A stretch of DNA of 64,000 nt, from NCBI GenBank assembly GCA_965226495.1, contig OZ245365.1, forward strand, positions 544,001 to 608,000, in the 5' to 3' direction. This DNA comes from Candidatus Marinacidobacterales bacterium (lineage in GTDB: Bacteria; Acidobacteriota; Vicinamibacteria; Marinacidobacterales; DATDRI01). Of this stretch, positions 59,201-64,000 are shown piece by piece; position 1 is the stretch's first letter; every line of letters begins with the position of its first letter. The notes under the pieces were generated by a model, which was not told the DNA's origin, did no database searches, and saw only the letters and a list, made by a program, of their open reading frames with translations. Position numbers and translations under genes: made by a program.

Positions 59201-62200
59201 TTGTCGATCGAGTTCCGTCTATCCGCCCGAAAAATCCTTTCGCTCTTCTATTCCCTCTGGGTCTTCGGGGTTTTGCTCGGATCCGCTTCGCCCGCTCAGG
59301 CTCAAGATGTCACGGTGAGCGCCTCGGGAGCTCAGACGGCCACCATCGTCATCCCGAGCACCAATCAGTATGTGGGCGGCAAATTCGTCATCATCGACAA
59401 CACCGGCTCCCGAAACATCACGGGCATCACCATCACCGAGAGCGGTGCAGTGGATGCTCTGAATAACCTGGACAACATCAAGCTCTTCTACGAACTGGAT
59501 ACGACGGCACCTTATGACGGGGCGAGCGAAAGTTTCGCCGGGTCGGAACTCCAGTTCGGAGCGACCGATACGGACGGGTTCAGTGCCGCCAACGGGACGT
59601 CCAGTTTCACCGACTCCGTCGCCATCGACACGACGTCGACGCTGGTGGTGTACGTGGTGTTCGATGTGGGGGCCGGAGCGTCAGCCGGTGAGACCGTTCA
59701 GATCACCATCGAAGACGCATCCAGCGAAGTCGTTGCGAGCGTGGGAACGGTGGGACCAGGCACCGCGGTCTCGATTTCTGGGACGTCGATTCTCTCCGCG
59801 GCCGGGTGCGGGCCCGTCGTCAACTACCGGTCGATCGGCGCGCAGGCGACCCCTCTTGCCAACACCGGCACTGCGTCGGTCGCTCTGAACGGAACGGTCG
59901 TCAACTTCAGCGGCGTCTCGTTACCGGCCAACCTGGGCCAGGGCGATCGGATTTTTCTGAACACGGGTGGCGTCAATGAGGAACGATTCATCCTTTCACG
60001 GGATTCCGCTACTCGAGTCACACTTCAGACTCCAGCACAAAATAGCCATGGCGGTGTCCCCTATCTCATCGAACGCGTCTACAACGGAGCTACCCCGATT
60101 AGGGATTGGGAGGTGGCAACGCAAGTAAACCTCGTCGGCCTGAATCGTCGGGAGACCGGAGTCGCCTACAACGACGCCGTGTTTAACGACCCCGGTGTGA
60201 TTAGCATCAATGGAGCGACTACCGACGCCTGCCACTTCAGGACACTCACCGTGGCGGCTGGCCAGCGACACACCGGTATCGAGGGAACGGGCGTCGCCAT
60301 AGACGGCGGCGGCGGGCTCGCCTTTGATGATGACTACACCGTCCTCGAGTGGTTCGAAATTGCCAATGTCGGAGACGCGCTAGAAATCATCGGCGCCAAC
60401 CTTCTTTTCGCAAATCTCATCATTCGCGATTTTGGCCCGAGTGGCTTTGACACCAGCGGCTCCAGTTGGAGCTATACCGCACGCAACTGTTTCGTCTACG
60501 GCGGTGGCAGTCACGGGTTTAGCGGTGGCACCGGAGCGGGCCCGACCGCGACCGTTGAGAACTGCACTATCTACGGAAATAGCGGTGCGGGGATTAACGA
60601 GGGCACCGGGCCTGTCTTTACCGTCCGGAACACGCTCTCGATGGGAAACAGCGGTCTCGACTTCAACATCGTTGCCGGAACGCAGACCAACAACATGTCC
60701 TCCGACACGAGCGCTCTGCCCATCGCGAACCGCAGCAAGCTGCCGGCTGACCAATTCATCGACCACCTTGGAACGCCTCCCAACTTCCACCTGAAGTCCA
60801 CCGCGGATGCCAAGGACATTGGCTCGGATTTGTCCGCCTTCTTCACAAACGATATCGATAACGATCCGAGGCCCATCGGTGCTGGGTGGGAGATCGGTGC
60901 GGACGAACAAGGGGTGGCCGGGCCGACTCTGATACTGGCCGACCACGACGCCGGCCAGGTCGCCGACAAGTTCACGTCAACTCCCTCCGTCACGGATGTC
61001 TTGTTCGCCTTCAAACTAACCCGCTCGGGTACCGTCACCGTCGATAACATTAGAGTCAACTTCACCACCGGCGACGTTGCAAATGGCGATGTCAGCAATG
61101 GCGAGCTCTATCGGGACGTTAACAACAACGGTATTTTCGATAGCGGCACGGACACGCTCGTACTGGGCGGCGTCACGCCTGTGGCCGGCGTTCTGGCCTT
61201 TAACTCCTTGAGCGAAGATCCGGGGGCGGGAACCAACTACATCGTCCGTGCCACGGTCATTAACCTGATTCCCAACGACACTACGACGTTCTCGATGGGC
61301 ACCGCGGATATCGATGAAGTACAGGGGGGCATCACCGAGTCCGGATCCATTACCGGCGCCGTTCATACTCAGGACGGTATCCCGAATCTTACCGAGGGGC
61401 ACTACCGTTGGCGTAATGATGATGGTGGTGAGTCCGGCGGCAGCGATACGACGGAGGTGAGTTCGACGGGACCGGCGACGACGACGGGCACGGGTTCTTA
61501 CGAGGCGCTGACAGGAATGTCGATCACTCCGGGAGCGGGTGACTATCTGGTGTGGTTCAGCGGGACCTTGAGGAATGACACAACCGGTACGCAGCATGTT
61601 TCCTTGTTCCTCGACGGCGGCCAGATAACCCACACCGAGCGCGAGATCACGACGGAGAGCTCGATCCCCGACGCTCGATTCGTAACCGCCACGCACACCT
61701 ATATTGCTGGGGTGACGGCAGGTCAGGCGATCAACGTGCAGTGGCAGACGAGCGCGGGTGTTGCGACGATGCTCGAGCACACGTTGACGGTCACGAAGGT
61801 TAATGCGGCCGATGTCACGCAGGTCATCCGGACCAACGCCCTATCTACCGGGCCCGTTACCGACACTCTGATCGATGGCATGACACTGACGCCGGGAGCG
61901 GGAGACTACCTGATTTGGTTCAGCGGTTCGAACGCCAATACACTGGATCCTACCAAGAATCACGTGTCGTTGTACGTGAACGGGACCCAAGTGGTTGGCA
62001 CGGAGCGAGAGATCGACCAAGAGGAATCGCTCGGCAATACGTTCTTCCCTGTGGCCAGCCATGCCCGGGTGCTCAGCGTGGGAGCGGGGCAAGCGATTGA
62101 GGCGCGCTGGAGAGTGGACGCCGGCATGGCGACGATGAACGCGCGTACGCTGACCGTTTACAAGATCAATCCAGCCGATAACTTTCAAGCGCAGTCCGAC

Positions 62201-64000
62201 ACGGATGATGGCCCGTTCTCCGGCGGTACTTATACCCAGGTGAACAGCATGACGCTCACGCCGGGGGTGGGTGATTATCTCGTTTGGTTCAGCTCGTCGG
62301 TAGTTACCAGCGGTCAATCAGGCGACACCTTCCACGTGTCGTTGTTCTCTGGTGGCAGTCAGGTACTGGAGAGCGCACGTGAGATATGGAATGAAGGCTC
62401 GATTGACATCAGCCCTTTCCAATCGTACCCGGTAGCCACGCACGCGTACATCACGGGAGTGGGAGCAACGGACGACATCGAGGTCCGCTGGGTGAGGACG
62501 AGCGGCACGGGTAACGCCACGATGCACGAGCGTACGTTGGCGGTGCAGAAGATCGTGAGTGGAAGCGGCGCCACGTTTTCTATCGCACAAGATACAAAAC
62601 TGACGGGTCTTGCCAAGAGCACCATCCAACGGGTTCGTTTTGGGGTTTCGAACGAAGGGACGGGGACCTCGGGCCCGGTAACCTACGAGCTCCAGGTGGC
62701 AGAGACGGCGACGTGTAGCGCGGGGACGTATTCCACCGTGCCCACCGCGGCCGGTGGTCACTGGCAGGTCTTCGGCTCGACCTTCATCACCGACGGTGAA
62801 GCGACCTCGGACATCAGTCCAGGGTTGACCAATGACGCGACCACGTTTGTCACAGGTGAGCTGAAAGACACGGGGAACACCACCGGAAGTATCACGCTCG
62901 CCACCGACGAGTTCACGGAGATCGAGTTTTCCGTCCAGGCGCTGGCCGCGGCCACGGACGGGGGGGATTACTGCTTCCGTCTCTACGATGCCGCCAACAC
63001 CCAGGTTCTAGATACCTATACCGTCTATGCCGAGGTCCAACTTGCTGGTGCGGGCGGCGCATCGCTGACCTTAGCGAATCACGACTCCGGTCAGGTTGCC
63101 GACAAGTTCACTACGACGTCGCCGGTCACCGATGTTCTGTTCCGTTTCAAGTTGACTCGCTCCGGTACGGTAACGGTCGACAACCTACGTGTCCAATACA
63201 CCACGGGCACTGTCATCGACGCGGACATCACCAGTGGAGAGCTGTGGCGAGACGTAAACAACGACGGCGTGGTCGATGGCGGTGATTTCTCCGTCCAGAC
63301 GGGAATCGCCGGTTCGGCGGGCGCGCTCGCCTTCAACTCGCTCGGTGAGGATCCGGGAATAGCCGGGACCCATTACTTGGTACGAGCCACAGTGGCCAAT
63401 CTCGTCGCCGCCGATACCACAACTTTCTCTCTTGGCGCCGCAGACATCGACGAGGTGGAGGGAGGGGTCGCCGAGTCCGGCTCGATAGCCAATGCTACCC
63501 ACACTCAGGATGTAGGTAGCGGATCGGATATCGCCGGTACCATTTCGGAAGATGTTAACGGAGATGGCAGCCTTGCCGATGCCGCGGTGCGAGACAACGC
63601 CACCGTGTCACTCTACCAGGATGGCGGGGATGTTCAGCCTGATGGCGGCGATGACATCTTTCTTACCGTCACCTCTACCGATGTTAGCGGCAACTACACT
63701 TTTGCAAGTTTGAGCGCCGGGACCTACTGGGTCGTCGTCGATTCTAAAACTGTCACACCTAGTGCAGGTCTCAACGGCAGCTTTGTTCAGGGGGACGTGT
63801 GGCCTGAACAGACTTACGGCGCTATCGGAGCGTGGTGCGATGACGGTACCGGCGTGGCTACGGAGCTCGGTGCCACTGGTGCTTGCTTCGGCGGTCAGGT
63901 GAGCACGGTCTCTGACGATGCTTCGACACTCGCCGCGTCAGAGCATGTGACCCGGGTTGTTGTAGTGGCTAGCAATGTCTCAGGCGTGGACTTTGGTTTC
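59201..64000 (+). CDS. Second giant modular secreted protein, 3'-partial (not in ORF track)
   Basis: RBS GGAGG 7 nt before TTG 59201; signal peptide ending ASPAQA|QD; modules C-E-A-B-A then an SdrD-B-like domain (IAGTISEDVNGDG...GTYWVVVDS); same frame at 61382 and at the window end. Confidence 0.88.
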   Translation, partial: MSIEFRLSARKILSLFYSLWVFGVLLGSASPAQAQDVTVSASGAQTATIVIPSTNQYVGGKFVIIDNTGSRNITGITITESGAVDALNNLDNIKLFYELDTTAPYDGASESFAGSELQFGATDTDGFSAANGTSSFTDSVAIDTTSTLVVYVVFDVGAGASAGETVQITIEDASSEVVASVGTVGPGTAVSISGTSILSAAGCGPVVNYRSIGAQATPLANTGTASVALNGTVVNFSGVSLPANLGQGDRIFLNTGGVNEERFILSRDSATRVTLQTPAQNSHGGVPYLIERVYNGATPIRDWEVATQVNLVGLNRRETGVAYNDAVFNDPGVISINGATTDACHFRTLTVAAGQRHTGIEGTGVAIDGGGGLAFDDDYTVLEWFEIANVGDALEIIGANLLFANLIIRDFGPSGFDTSGSSWSYTARNCFVYGGGSHGFSGGTGAGPTATVENCTIYGNSGAGINEGTGPVFTVRNTLSMGNSGLDFNIVAGTQTNNMSSDTSALPIANRSKLPADQFIDHLGTPPNFHLKSTADAKDIGSDLSAFFTNDIDNDPRPIGAGWEIGADEQGVAGPTLILADHDAGQVADKFTSTPSVTDVLFAFKLTRSGTVTVDNIRVNFTTGDVANGDVSNGELYRDVNNNGIFDSGTDTLVLGGVTPVAGVLAFNSLSEDPGAGTNYIVRATVINLIPNDTTTFSMGTADIDEVQGGITESGSITGAVHTQDGIPNLTEGHYRWRNDDGGESGGSDTTEVSSTGPATTTGTGSYEALTGMSITPGAGDYLVWFSGTLRNDTTGTQHVSLFLDGGQITHTEREITTESSIPDARFVTATHTYIAGVTAGQAINVQWQTSAGVATMLEHTLTVTKVNAADVTQVIRTNALSTGPVTDTLIDGMTLTPGAGDYLIWFSGSNANTLDPTKNHVSLYVNGTQVVGTEREIDQEESLGNTFFPVASHARVLSVGAGQAIEARWRVDAGMATMNARTLTVYKINPADNFQAQSDTDDGPFSGGTYTQVNSMTLTPGVGDYLVWFSSSVVTSGQSGDTFHVSLFSGGSQVLESAREIWNEGSIDISPFQSYPVATHAYITGVGATDDIEVRWVRTSGTGNATMHERTLAVQKIVSGSGATFSIAQDTKLTGLAKSTIQRVRFGVSNEGTGTSGPVTYELQVAETATCSAGTYSTVPTAAGGHWQVFGSTFITDGEATSDISPGLTNDATTFVTGELKDTGNTTGSITLATDEFTEIEFSVQALAAATDGGDYCFRLYDAANTQVLDTYTVYAEVQLAGAGGASLTLANHDSGQVADKFTTTSPVTDVLFRFKLTRSGTVTVDNLRVQYTTGTVIDADITSGELWRDVNNDGVVDGGDFSVQTGIAGSAGALAFNSLGEDPGIAGTHYLVRATVANLVAADTTTFSLGAADIDEVEGGVAESGSIANATHTQDVGSGSDIAGTISEDVNGDGSLADAAVRDNATVSLYQDGGDVQPDGGDDIFLTVTSTDVSGNYTFASLSAGTYWVVVDSKTVTPSAGLNGSFVQGDVWPEQTYGAIGAWCDDGTGVATELGATGACFGGQVSTVSDDASTLAASEHVTRVVVVASNVSGVDFGF

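Noticed and set aside
41243-63502. Long antisense and off-frame ORFs over the giant genes (e.g. 41888..43354, 47468..48700)
   Set aside because: Shadow ORFs from codon bias, with no recognisable motifs.

Overview
GC-rich bacterial window, possibly Acidobacteriota (inferred from gene style only). The first ~41 kb is mixed metabolic and envelope genes: a PA14-CotH-lamin-tail lipoprotein, a non-CODH molybdenum hydroxylase operon (M-S-G-L), CoA ligase, amidohydrolase, SSS transporter with an unannotated 36-aa membrane peptide, KynB-like cyclase, three class V PLP enzymes, an RRE/M50/HlyD fusion, an sxtJ/I/K-like carbamoyltransferase trio, a Ser/Thr kinase, and a wHTH membrane regulator-yjbQ-B12 radical SAM unit. 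Several genes appear damaged by internal deletions, including a 31-codon tryptophan 2,3-dioxygenase-like stub. The last ~23 kb holds the main novelty: two tandem giant secreted proteins built from shared, reshuffled modules. The first is ~5,930 aa once a 1-nt frameshift at ~53415 is repaired and ends in a TAVELVSFTA domain plus a C25 (gingipain/PorU-family) peptidase with its His/Cys dyad. The second starts at 59201, runs off the window and is absent from the ORF track. Both have exactly colinear promoters: a shared upstream motif, an IHF-like site and a sigma54 -24/-12 element. No rRNA, tRNA, CRISPR array or transposase was recognised. Family calls come from motif recognition by eye, not database searches, and module boundaries are approximate.
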